Assembly: GCA_965649205.1 (NCBI GenBank)
Contig: CBFGJV010000007.1
Coordinates: 17,466-81,465, forward strand
DNA from: a candidate division WOR-3 bacterium
GTDB lineage: Bacteria > Hydrothermota > Tepidihabitantia > Tepidihabitantales > Tepidihabitantaceae
DNA: 64,000 bases
Direction: 5' to 3'
The notes beneath the pieces are model-generated. The model was not told where the DNA came from and ran no database searches. It saw only the letters and a program-made list of their open reading frames with translations. How positions within the stretch are numbered: the stretch's first letter is position 1; each line of letters opens with the position of its first letter. The translations under genes and the position numbers were made by a program. Below, in pieces: positions 1 through 9,491 of this stretch.

Positions 1-3000
1 GTCGGTGATAGTGGTGGACCCGACCTTGAAGCTGCATCAGTGCAGTCTTCCGAAGGAGATGGCACTGGAATTGTTCAAGCCGATGATTTTGCGGGAACTG
101 GAAGCAAGACATCTAGCCGAGTCAGAGCGCGGAGCCAAGTCCATGTACCGCCGAGAAGCGCCGGAAGTGTGGGAAGTGCTGGAAGAGGTCACTAAAGACC
201 ATCCGGTACTGCTGAACCGGGCACCTACTCTACACCGGGTTTCCATAGAAGGATTCTTCCCGGTTTTGTCCGAACAGAGGGCCATCGGCATACATCCTTT
301 GGTCTGTCCGCCTTTCAACGCCGATTTTGATGGCGATACGATGTCCGTGCATGTGCCTCTGACTCCAGAAGCCATCATGGAGACCGCGGTACTGACGCTG
401 TCTTCCCACAATATTCTGTCGCCGGCCCACGGTCGGCCCCTGATGGTTCCTTCTCAGGACATCGTGGCGGGCGTGTACTTTATGACCAAGGAGAGACCTT
501 CCCTGGGAAAGGCGAAGAAGCATTTTGATGACTTTGCCACGGTGCGTTCTGCCTACGAGCTGGGTGAGCTGCAGGTGCACGAGCCGGTAGTGTTCCATTA
601 TGGCGGCCAGCGGTACGAAACGACAGTGGGGCGTGTATTGTTGAACGAGGTGTTGCCCGAACAGTTGCGGTTTGTGAATGAGACCTATGCGAAGGACAAG
701 CTGACGGCATTGATCGATCGGTGTGCCCGCAAGCTGGGTATGGATACGACTGCGCGGTTGCTCGATGCTATAGAAGAGCTGGGTTTTGAGATGGCTACCA
801 AATCCGGTCTGTCTATCGGGATGGAAGATGTAGCTGTGCCGGAGGAAAAGGCAGAGGTTTTGGAGCGTTCAGAGAAGGCGTTGCGGCGGGTGTACCGGGC
901 ATACGAGAAAGGTCAGATGACAGACTCAGAAAAGTACAATCTGGTTGTGAATACTTGGACGCTGGCCACGGCAGAAGTGGAAGAAGCGTTGATGAAGAAG
1001 CTGAGCCAGGATAGAGAAGGTTTTAATCCGGTATTCATGCTGATTGACTCGGGGGCACGAGGTTCACGCACGCAGGCCGCGCAGATCGGCGGTATGCGGG
1101 GGTTGATGGCGAAGCCGCAACGTCGTTCGGTGGGCGAAGAAGTAATAGAAACACCCATAAAGAGCTCTTTCCTCGAAGGACTGTCGGTGTGGGAGTATTT
1201 CATTTCCACCCACGGCGCACGCAAGGGGCTTACCGATACGGCTCTGAAAACAGCCGAGGCCGGGTATTTGACCCGCAGGCTGGTGGATGTGGCCCAAGAC
1301 GTGGTCATCACGATGGAGGACTGCGGTACCATTCTGGGGCAGGAGGTAACCGCGCTCCGTGAGGGGGGCGACATAGTTGAGCCGTTGTCGGAACGTATTG
1401 CCGGTCGGTTTGCGGTGGACGATGTGGTCAACCCGGTGTCAGGTGAAGTAATCGTGCGGGCGGGGGAGGAAATTTCAGACGAGGCAGCGGAGGAGATTGA
1501 AGATTACGGTATCGAGTCGGTACGGGTCAGGTCGGTACTCACCTGCGAGGCTCCTACCGGTTTGTGCGTAAAATGTTATGGGCGGAATTTGGCCACGGGT
1601 CGTCTGGTGGAAATCGGTGAGGCGGTGGGTACAGTGGCGGCCCAGTCTATCGGGGAACCTGGAACTCAGCTCACCTTGAAGACTTTCCACGTAGGCGGTG
1701 TGGCCGCGCGGGTGGCAGAAGAAACCAAGGCGGTGGCCAAGTTTCCCGGCAAGGTCAAGTTCGAAGGTTTGAATGTTTCGGTTCGAAGCGATGGCGAGAC
1801 TGTGGCTCTGGATCAGGGTCGGATTATTGTTACCGCGCCGGACCGTGCTGTGCCGTTCAATGTCCCAGCCGGGGCAGTGATAAGGGTGAAAGACGGCCAG
1901 GATGCGACAGAAGGCGAAATTCTGTTTGAGTGGGAGCCTTATTCTATACCGATAATGGCCCGTGTGGCGGGAAAGGTTGTCTATCACGATATTGAAGTGG
2001 GAATTACGCTGCGGGAGGATATTGACGAACATACCGAGAGGATGCAGCGCATTATTACCGAGGACCGGCGGCGCAAGTTGCATCCTCGGATTACGATAGT
2101 TGACGACAAGGGTAAACCGCTGGACAACTACGCTCTACCTACGGGTGCATATCTGGTGGCGGACAATGGGATTTCGGTCTTGCCGGGTGACACCCTTGCC
2201 CGTTTGCTCAAGGAGATGGGGCGTACCCGAGACATAACTGGCGGTCTGCCCAAGGTAGCCGAGCTGTTTGAGGCCAAGCATGTCAAGGACCCGGCGGTAA
2301 TCTCCGAAATAGACGGAACGGTGTATGTGGGTGAGCCCAAGGAGGGCGTGCGGGAGGTTAAGGTTGTGTCCGAGGGTGGTACGGAGAAGGTCTACGAGAT
2401 TCCCTACGGTAAGCATATGCTGGTGCAGACTGGCGATAAGGTGGCTGCCGGCGATAAACTGTGCGAGGGAGCGGTGGATCCCCACGATGTTCTGCGGGTC
2501 AAGGGCTGGCTGGCAGTGCAGGAGTTTCTCACCAATCAAATTCAGGCAGTTTACCGTTTGCAGAAGGTGAAAATAAACGATAAACATATCTCGGTGATCG
2601 TGCGGCAGATGTTACGCAAGGGCAAGGTTCTGGATGCGGGTGATTCCAGCTTTATAGAAGGTGAGATTGTAGAACGGCGAAGACTCTACGAGGAAAACCA
2701 GAAACTGGTGGCGGAGAATCTGCGCCCGGCAACGTTTCAACCCATACTTCTGGGTATTACCCGGGCCGCACTGCTTACCGAGAGTTTCCTTTCTGCAGCA
2801 TCTTTCCAGGAGACTACCCGGGTTTTGTCCGAAGCTGCGATTCAGGGACGCTTGGACAGACTGCGTGGTTTGAAAGAGAATGTCATCGTGGGACGGCTGG
2901 TTCCGGCCGGAACCGGCTTCCGCGAGTTCAGTCGTATCAAGCTTGTGGAAGACGAGAAGAAAAAGCCGACACATGAGGCAAAGGAAACACAGGAGGTGGC

Positions 3001-3010
3001 GGAAGAATGA
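1..3010 (+). CDS. rpoC: DNA-directed RNA polymerase beta' subunit, 3' part (gene continues upstream of the window)
   Basis: 1001-aa ORF with the catalytic NADFDGD motif near its start and a typical beta' C-terminal region; the ORF is open at the window edge. Confidence 0.95.
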   Translation, partial: SVIVVDPTLKLHQCSLPKEMALELFKPMILRELEARHLAESERGAKSMYRREAPEVWEVLEEVTKDHPVLLNRAPTLHRVSIEGFFPVLSEQRAIGIHPLVCPPFNADFDGDTMSVHVPLTPEAIMETAVLTLSSHNILSPAHGRPLMVPSQDIVAGVYFMTKERPSLGKAKKHFDDFATVRSAYELGELQVHEPVVFHYGGQRYETTVGRVLLNEVLPEQLRFVNETYAKDKLTALIDRCARKLGMDTTARLLDAIEELGFEMATKSGLSIGMEDVAVPEEKAEVLERSEKALRRVYRAYEKGQMTDSEKYNLVVNTWTLATAEVEEALMKKLSQDREGFNPVFMLIDSGARGSRTQAAQIGGMRGLMAKPQRRSVGEEVIETPIKSSFLEGLSVWEYFISTHGARKGLTDTALKTAEAGYLTRRLVDVAQDVVITMEDCGTILGQEVTALREGGDIVEPLSERIAGRFAVDDVVNPVSGEVIVRAGEEISDEAAEEIEDYGIESVRVRSVLTCEAPTGLCVKCYGRNLATGRLVEIGEAVGTVAAQSIGEPGTQLTLKTFHVGGVAARVAEETKAVAKFPGKVKFEGLNVSVRSDGETVALDQGRIIVTAPDRAVPFNVPAGAVIRVKDGQDATEGEILFEWEPYSIPIMARVAGKVVYHDIEVGITLREDIDEHTERMQRIITEDRRRKLHPRITIVDDKGKPLDNYALPTGAYLVADNGISVLPGDTLARLLKEMGRTRDITGGLPKVAELFEAKHVKDPAVISEIDGTVYVGEPKEGVREVKVVSEGGTEKVYEIPYGKHMLVQTGDKVAAGDKLCEGAVDPHDVLRVKGWLAVQEFLTNQIQAVYRLQKVKINDKHISVIVRQMLRKGKVLDAGDSSFIEGEIVERRRLYEENQKLVAENLRPATFQPILLGITRAALLTESFLSAASFQETTRVLSEAAIQGRLDRLRGLKENVIVGRLVPAGTGFREFSRIKLVEDEKKKPTHEAKETQEVAEE

Positions 3011-3043
3011 TATATCTGATGTTATGTCGGGAGGCGGACTAAT

Positions 3044-3427
3044 ATGCCTACAACAAACCAACTGGTAAGAAAACCGCGTGTCAAGGTACCGCCGCGGTCA
3101 AAAACACCGGCTCTGCGGGGCAATCCGCAGAAGCGGGGTGTGTGTACACGCGTCTATACAACTACACCCAAGAAGCCCAATTCTGCCTTGCGTAAGGTTT
3201 GCAAGGTGCGTCTCACGCACGGTCAGGAAATAACCTGCTACATACCGGGCGAGGGACACAACCTGCAGGAACACGCTGTCGTGCTTGTACGCGGAGGACG
3301 TGTAAAGGATCTCCCTGGTGTACGTTATCATGTAATACGAGGTGTACTGGACGCAGCCGGGGTAGAAGGACGCAGGCAGGGACGCAGCCTGTACGGCGCC
3401 AAACGGCCTAAGAGTCAATCTGGATAA
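3044..3427 (+). CDS. rpsL: 30S ribosomal protein S12
   Basis: 127 aa starting [12 protein letters not shown], a classic uS12 N-terminus. ATG at 3044 preceded by GGGAGG. Confidence 0.97.
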   Translation: MPTTNQLVRKPRVKVPPRSKTPALRGNPQKRGVCTRVYTTTPKKPNSALRKVCKVRLTHGQEITCYIPGEGHNLQEHAVVLVRGGRVKDLPGVRYHVIRGVLDAAGVEGRRQGRSLYGAKRPKSQSG

Positions 3428-3439
3428 AGGGAGGTACGG

Positions 3440-3910
3440 ATGGCACGCAGACGAAGAGCTACTCCCAGGATACCTGCGCCCGATCCGCGTTACAATTCGA
3501 CGTTCGTCGCTAAGTTTATCAACAGTATGATGTGGGACGGGAAGAAGACCGTAGCCCAGCGGATATTCTATAGCGCCATGGACCTGATTACCGAACGTAC
3601 GAAAGAAGACGGCTATCAGGTTTTTGAGCGGGCGATGAATAACGTCAAACCCGTGCTAGAAGTACGACCCCGGCGGGTGGGGGGCGCTACCTACCAGATT
3701 CCTATGGAAGTGCGTCCCGCGCGTCGTGATCGTCTGGCGATAAAATGGGTCATAGACGCGGCTCGCAGTCGCAGCGAGCACACGATGATAGAAAGACTCG
3801 CGGCCGAACTGATAGATGCCAGCAAAGGCCAGGGCGCGGCGGTGAAGAAGAAGGAAGACACGCACAAGATGGCGGAAGCGAACCGCGCTTTTGCTCATTA
3901 CCGCTGGTAG
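3440..3910 (+). CDS. rpsG: 30S ribosomal protein S7
   Basis: 156 aa starting [10 protein letters not shown] with a uS7-like body. It follows rpsL by 12 nt. Confidence 0.97.
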   Translation: MARRRRATPRIPAPDPRYNSTFVAKFINSMMWDGKKTVAQRIFYSAMDLITERTKEDGYQVFERAMNNVKPVLEVRPRRVGGATYQIPMEVRPARRDRLAIKWVIDAARSRSEHTMIERLAAELIDASKGQGAAVKKKEDTHKMAEANRAFAHYRW

Positions 3911-3928
3911 GCAGCTCAGAGTTTTCCT

Positions 3929-4879
3929 TTATTCCTGCAGGAGAATAAGCGCCAGGTTGCGGCCGGTGGGTTGGTTCCGCCGGGCAGAGTAAAACAGGGC
4001 GGGGTTCTCCTTACTGCATAGATTTAGCGAAGCTGTTTCGGTCAGTCCTAGTTCAACAAGCTGCCAGCGATTGGCAGCGCGCAGATCAAGATGGTACAAT
4101 TCTCCAAGATGGCTTGGTAACGATCCAATGCGGGTGAGTGCTATTTGCTCCGGCGGGAGGAGGAACTTTTCTGCCAGCGGGTAGGCACGGCGAAACGCGG
4201 CCGCAACGTCTTCACCTACCGTGTAGCAGTTGGTACATATGCATGGGCCGAGGGCGAAGCATAACTCTGTGAGGGGAAGCGATAACTGGCAGGCCATCTG
4301 CCGGGCAAGCTTCTCTGCCAGCCTGGCGGCGGTACCGCGCCAACCGCAATGGGCAAGACCAATGGCCCGCTGGCGAAGCGAGAATATGTACACAGGAAGA
4401 CAGTCTGCCACCTTGATGCCCAGAGCAAGAGAAGGAATATTCGTGAAGAGGGCATCGCCCTTTTCCGCATCCGGTTGAGGAACTGTATCCGACACGGGCA
4501 GGATTATGTCGGAATGAGTCTGTTGCAGGGTAACCAACTCCAGGTTTCGGCGAGGCGAGTGCGCCTGCACGGAAGATGTCCACGTATCCCGCAACGCCTT
4601 GAGTAGGCGGACGCGGTTCTCGGCGACTGCGGCCGGCAGGTCTCCGACTTCAAAGGACAGGTTCCACGAGGCGTAGAGGCCGGTTGAGACTCCTCCTTTT
4701 CGGGTGGTAAAAATAAGGCGGAGGCAGGAAGTGGGTCGCAGTTCGTAGAACTCAACACCGTGTAAATGTTGCAACTTCCAGTCGGGTTTTTTTTCTGGAG
4801 AAGGTGAGAGTGGAAAAATGCGTTTCTGCGTTTTGAACCTCTTGTGGCTAAAGACTGTTTTCGCTCGTGCGCAGGTCAT
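3929..4879 (-). CDS. PgeF/YfiH-family protein (purine nucleoside phosphorylase / peptidoglycan-editing factor family, DUF152)
   Basis: Contains the ADCLPV and HCGWRG motifs typical of the YfiH/PgeF family. The annotated start is probably too far upstream (it overlaps the recJ 3' end by ~30 nt); the true start is uncertain. Confidence 0.65.
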   Translation of the reverse strand: MTCARAKTVFSHKRFKTQKRIFPLSPSPEKKPDWKLQHLHGVEFYELRPTSCLRLIFTTRKGGVSTGLYASWNLSFEVGDLPAAVAENRVRLLKALRDTWTSSVQAHSPRRNLELVTLQQTHSDIILPVSDTVPQPDAEKGDALFTNIPSLALGIKVADCLPVYIFSLRQRAIGLAHCGWRGTAARLAEKLARQMACQLSLPLTELCFALGPCICTNCYTVGEDVAAAFRRAYPLAEKFLLPPEQIALTRIGSLPSHLGELYHLDLRAANRWQLVELGLTETASLNLCSKENPALFYSARRNQPTGRNLALILLQE

Positions 4880-6605
4880 GAAGCGTCAGATGGATGGAGC
4901 CGCGTCCTTGATACGTATTCTGTTCCACGCTGAAACACACATCCAGACAGCCGGGGCGATCAGACGCTATGCTGGGCAAAAAGTCGCTCCGGCCCCAGGC
5001 GAGTGCAGGCAGTATCTTCTGGTTGGAACGCAATGTCAGTCGCAGATGGTTTTTGCCCACCCGACGAGGATAACCCACTACTTCCAGTCCCAGCGCTGCC
5101 AGAACGGGTTTGCGATTTTCCGGACCGTAAGGTTCGAGTTGAGCCAGAAACTTCAGCAGTTCTTCGTCAATTTCCTCCAAGCGGCAGAGAGCATCTATCT
5201 TGATACTGGGCTGGTATACCTCTGCGGGTAAACTTGCGGCATACCGGTTTATAGCCTCGGCAAAGGCTGGTATGTTCTGACGCGGGAGGTTGATGCCGGC
5301 AGCGTATTTGTGTCCGCCAAAACCGGATAGATGTTCGGCACTGGCCTGCAGAGACTCGTACAGGTTGAAACCATTGATGGAACGTCCCGAACCCTTGCCC
5401 TGATTTCCCTGGAGAGCGATAACGAAACTGGGTCGATAGTAACGTTCAACCAATTTGGAAGCAACGATGCCAATGACACCCTGATGCCAGCCGTCTGCGG
5501 CCACCACGATAACCAGTTGTTCGTGCAGTTTATCTTGTTCTATGCGTTCGATGGCCTGGGCTAAGGTCTGTTCGCCCAAGTTCTGCCTTTTTTGGTTGTG
5601 GACGTGCAGAATTTCTGCTAAGCGTTCAGCCCGAGCCTGGTCCTCGGAAAGCAAAAGCTCCAAGGCGATGCCGGCATGACTTATGCGTCCCGCGGCATTC
5701 AGGCGCGGAGCCAATACGAAGCTTACGTCGTGGCTGGTGAGTCGTCGGCCGGCAATGCCGGCCCGTTTCAGGAGCGCCCGCAAGCCGACTCTACTGGTTT
5801 GGCGAAGGGCAGAAAGACCAAGCCGGGCGAGGATGCGATTTTCTCCTGTCAGAGGTACCATATCGGCGATGGTGCCGATGCCGACCAGGTCAAGCAGGAT
5901 GGTCAGCTCCTCACGCGGACGGCCGAGAGCGGAAAGCAGGCTCCAGGCGACTTTGAAGGCCACGCCCACTCCGGCCAGCTCGGCAAAAGGATAGGTAGAA
6001 TCTGGCCGTTTTGGGTTTACGAAGGCCAGCGCCGGCGGGTATACAGGGGGAACTTCATGATGGTCGGTGATAATAAGGTCAATACCCGTCTGTGCGGCCA
6101 ATTGGGCTTCGATATGGTCGGTAGAGCCGCAGTCGGTAGTTATCAGTAACCGGACGCCCTGTTTTTGGCAGAAGTCAATGCCGGCAGGGGAAAGACCGTA
6201 GCCTTCAGATTCCCGATGGGGCAGGTACCAGATTACATCCGCTCCCAGCTGGCGGAGCGTAGAAAAAAGCAGGGCGGTACTAGTGATGCCGTCAACATCG
6301 TAGTCACCGTAGATACATACGCGCTCACCTTTCTTTAAGGCGTCTAGCACACGTTCGGTGGTGATTTTGATATCCGGCAGACTGGCAGGTTGATGCAGTC
6401 GCGCCGGCGAAGGCGAAAGAAATTCGCGTGCTGCCTCGACAGTCGTAAATCCGCGGTGCAGCAGCAGACGTGCTGCCAATTCTGATAGGCCCAGTTCCTG
6501 CCGTAGAACCGCCACTTCGGCATCAGAAAGTTCTGGCAGTTGCCAGCGAAGAGATGAAGTCAGTTCAGACACGTCAATTTCTAGCCGGTAGAATACAGAT
6601 GTCAA
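4848..6605 (-). CDS. recJ: Single-stranded-DNA-specific exonuclease RecJ
   Basis: DHH-family motifs (DVDG, ITDHH) and a DHHA1-like C-terminal part in a 585-aa ORF. TTG start at 6605; the true start could be internal. Confidence 0.85.
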   Translation of the reverse strand: MTSVFYRLEIDVSELTSSLRWQLPELSDAEVAVLRQELGLSELAARLLLHRGFTTVEAAREFLSPSPARLHQPASLPDIKITTERVLDALKKGERVCIYGDYDVDGITSTALLFSTLRQLGADVIWYLPHRESEGYGLSPAGIDFCQKQGVRLLITTDCGSTDHIEAQLAAQTGIDLIITDHHEVPPVYPPALAFVNPKRPDSTYPFAELAGVGVAFKVAWSLLSALGRPREELTILLDLVGIGTIADMVPLTGENRILARLGLSALRQTSRVGLRALLKRAGIAGRRLTSHDVSFVLAPRLNAAGRISHAGIALELLLSEDQARAERLAEILHVHNQKRQNLGEQTLAQAIERIEQDKLHEQLVIVVAADGWHQGVIGIVASKLVERYYRPSFVIALQGNQGKGSGRSINGFNLYESLQASAEHLSGFGGHKYAAGINLPRQNIPAFAEAINRYAASLPAEVYQPSIKIDALCRLEEIDEELLKFLAQLEPYGPENRKPVLAALGLEVVGYPRRVGKNHLRLTLRSNQKILPALAWGRSDFLPSIASDRPGCLDVCFSVEQNTYQGRGSIHLTLHDLRTSENSL

Positions 6606-6644
6606 GTTTTGGAATTACCGGCAGAAGGGAATGCTGTTTTAGAT

Positions 6645-8771
6645 TCAGTTGGACTCGCCTTTTCTTCTTGCCAAGTGTGATTCCACCATGAGCAGCGAGG
6701 AGCGGGCCGCTTCGTGGTTCGGGTCAAGCTGTAGAGTTTGTAATAGTTCAGTCCTTGCTTGTTCCAGACTGTCCATGGAAACGAAGACCAAGCCCAGCAG
6801 GTAGTGATGCTCGGCGTTCAGAGGGTCCAGCGCCACTGCAGAGAGATAATGAAGTCGTGCTTGGGAAAAATCCCGACGAGCGATGGCTAGACGTCCGCCA
6901 GCCAGTTCGGCGAGTACGCGGTTACGGGGATCAGTCCCCATCACCCTGGTCAGTTCTCTATATTCGGCTTCAGCTTCGGGGATTCTGCCCATACCCGCAT
7001 AGGCGACGAAGAGACCGTAGCGGGCCACAGGATTAGCCGGATTTGCCTGCAGGGCGCGGTGGAATGCTTCGAACGCCTGTGCGTTTGACATTGTCATATA
7101 CGTATTACCGGCTTGGGTCCAGGCTTGGGCTGAGTAGGTGCGACGATCGACTGGTATCAGGTTGGAACCAATGTAGAGGAGGGCGGCCAGACCAAGGACT
7201 AGAATGACTTGCAGTTTTTTTCCTGACTTGGCCGCGGTCACGGTTTCAATCACGGCGTATCCTGCAAACATCAGGAGAAAAGGAATTACCGGGGCACGCA
7301 GCCGGGAAAGTACATAAAAGACAAGAGAGGATAGCAGATAAGCGCAGACAAAAAGAAGTGGATAGAGATGAAGCGATCCCAATGCTGGTGCTTCTTCTTG
7401 CACCCTTGTGAGTTTTTGTTTGTCTCGCTTTACCACGGTACGACGCAGGGAAAGAAAAATTCCCCCAATACCCAGTGCGGCAATGGCGCCGAAATTCAGA
7501 AATGACAGTTTGAGGGCCAGTGAATAGGGCCAGGCTGTTTCCGGATAGTAGTTGTTGGGCACCTCGTAGTTCGTCCAGAAAAGAAGGAATTTCCGGCCGA
7601 GCAGCCAGAGTGCGCGTCCGGGATTGGACACTATGAACGCCAGAGCCTTGCGCGTCCAATGTGCGGAGGCTTGCGACCAGGATACTTCTCTGCCGTCTAT
7701 TATTCTGCTAGTACGTTTGAGTTGCTGATGGGAAAAACCAGTGGTACGTTCCAATTCGGTCTGTTGCCAGGTGCCGTCGGTCCACTGATTCCAGCCGTAG
7801 TAGAGATTTATGCCGGAGTGGGCGGTGAACAGTATGGGCTCACGAGCCACCAGAAAATTGCGCACGGGCAAAACTGCCACAGTAAGCAGTGCGCCCAAAC
7901 CTAAAGTGAGAACCGCCTGAAAACGTTTGCTTCTTTCCTCTGGGCGGAATACTGATGAAATTCCGCGGCCATCCAGGTTAGAGCTGGAAACAGACGATGG
8001 TGCAGGCCCGGTCTCTGCTGGGGCAAAGAGAAGCAGCAAAACAAAGGCAGGTAGCAGAATAAGCATTTCCGGCCGGCAGATAACCAAGAGTCCCAGAGAA
8101 ATACCGGCGACAGCCCAGCGCCAGTTGTGTTTACCGCGTTTTGGGGAACAAAGGGCAGATGAGAGCAACTGAATGTTGCGCAGTATAAGCCAGAGTGTGA
8201 GTAGGGAGAAGAAAACGGTTATCTCCACATAGAGGAGTGCGCCGGTGTAGAACACCAAGATTCCGGTCAGAGCGAATCCGAATGCGGTCAATAAGGCAGT
8301 AGTACGGCCGAAGATGCGGCGGGTAGAGTCGTAGAGCAGATAGCAAGACGCAGTTGCCAGAATGCACTGAAACAGCTGTACCGCCAATACCTTAGGCCCG
8401 AATACCGCATACAATCCGGCAAGAAGATAGGGATAGAGTGGTCTCAGAAAGAACACGTCATTGCCCCAGAAGTTGCCGCGCAGGATATCCAGAGCCCAAG
8501 TATGATAGTACCAGGAGTCAATAGTTTGGGGTGAGATGACAGAAAAGGGGTGACCACGCATTTCCAGTATAAACCAGAGCCGGATGCTGAAAGTCAGCGC
8601 CATTGCCAGCATGGGCAGTAGCATTGGTCTTTGCGGTTGACTGGAGACGGTTCGGGCACTGGGCCGTGGCATGCTAGCTGGGACTATCTTAGTTCTACCA
8701 CAAACAGGGTCAAGGTTGCGCGGATATTTTCCGCTTTGGTTTTTCCGTCTACGAAGTACTTCCGGGCCCAA
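6645..8771 (-). CDS. GT-C type membrane glycosyltransferase (ArnT/PMT-like) with a C-terminal TPR-repeat domain
   Basis: N-terminal half is multi-transmembrane with an ArnT/PMT-like profile (WYYHTW...FFLRPLYPYLL). C-terminal ~170 aa are TPR-like repeats. The start is more likely the Met at MPRPSAR (about 8672). Confidence 0.55.
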   Translation of the reverse strand: MGPEVLRRRKNQSGKYPRNLDPVCGRTKIVPASMPRPSARTVSSQPQRPMLLPMLAMALTFSIRLWFILEMRGHPFSVISPQTIDSWYYHTWALDILRGNFWGNDVFFLRPLYPYLLAGLYAVFGPKVLAVQLFQCILATASCYLLYDSTRRIFGRTTALLTAFGFALTGILVFYTGALLYVEITVFFSLLTLWLILRNIQLLSSALCSPKRGKHNWRWAVAGISLGLLVICRPEMLILLPAFVLLLLFAPAETGPAPSSVSSSNLDGRGISSVFRPEERSKRFQAVLTLGLGALLTVAVLPVRNFLVAREPILFTAHSGINLYYGWNQWTDGTWQQTELERTTGFSHQQLKRTSRIIDGREVSWSQASAHWTRKALAFIVSNPGRALWLLGRKFLLFWTNYEVPNNYYPETAWPYSLALKLSFLNFGAIAALGIGGIFLSLRRTVVKRDKQKLTRVQEEAPALGSLHLYPLLFVCAYLLSSLVFYVLSRLRAPVIPFLLMFAGYAVIETVTAAKSGKKLQVILVLGLAALLYIGSNLIPVDRRTYSAQAWTQAGNTYMTMSNAQAFEAFHRALQANPANPVARYGLFVAYAGMGRIPEAEAEYRELTRVMGTDPRNRVLAELAGGRLAIARRDFSQARLHYLSAVALDPLNAEHHYLLGLVFVSMDSLEQARTELLQTLQLDPNHEAARSSLLMVESHLARRKGESN

Positions 8772-9040
8772 TGCGTTGCGGTGTCAGGTTCTTAAGTTCC
8801 GGTTCTGTTTGATGGCGAGGGGTGTTTACCGTCTGCTTCTGCGTGATTACAGGCCCAAGGGTGATTTGCCAGCGGACTGCACACCAAAGAGGAGCGTCAA
8901 TAGTCAGGGTCGGTCCGCTAGCTGACAAGAACCAACTACCTCGTTGCCTAGAGGAAGTGGGTTTGGTAAGCGGTATCGATAAGTGCATAGAAAACCGTCA
9001 GATAACAAACTCGACTTTTGGCGTGTGATTTGAGTTCTGG

Positions 9041-9085
9041 CCCGGCAAGAAAAATACCCCCTCAAGGGGGGAGTGGCTCCCCCAG
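9041..9085 (-). terminator. Candidate intrinsic terminator on the minus strand
   Basis: On the minus strand: GGGGGAG-CCA-CUCCCCC and CCCCC-UUGA-GGGGG stems sharing a C-run, followed by UAUUUUUCUU. No annotated minus-strand gene lies immediately upstream of it. Confidence 0.4.
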
Positions 9086-9491
9086 CGGTTGGGATCTTTG
9101 TAGGGCAGAGCAAGCGCAGGGTAAGATACGATGCAATCTTCAGAAGAGTCAGGGGATTGTAGAACTGTCTGATAAACTGCGCCGGTTAGCCTTCTAATTG
9201 CTTTTAGAATTGCAAGTTGACGGCGTAAGTGATGGGCAAGGATATGGCTGGTTCAAATGATAGGGTCATAGTGTAGCTGATTACCCGGTGAGTGTCGGGT
9301 GTTTTTCACAGGCAGGGTTGCGTGTAGAACTTGGATTCTGTTCTGGTGCCTGGCTTCGGGTAGGCAGGGGCAGGAATACGCATATCTGAACACGGTTGGG
9401 GCTAGACCGGGATTGTAATGCTGGACACGGCATCAGCCCGGGATTAATATCAGCGGGCGGTATGAGGGTTCTTGCGAGAGGAGTAATCAGA

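Noticed and set aside
37-2587. Multiple minus-strand ORFs of 70-200 aa inside rpoC
   Set aside because: Antisense to a highly conserved gene, low-complexity Arg/Ser/Pro-rich translations with no motifs. Typical GC-rich antisense artefacts.
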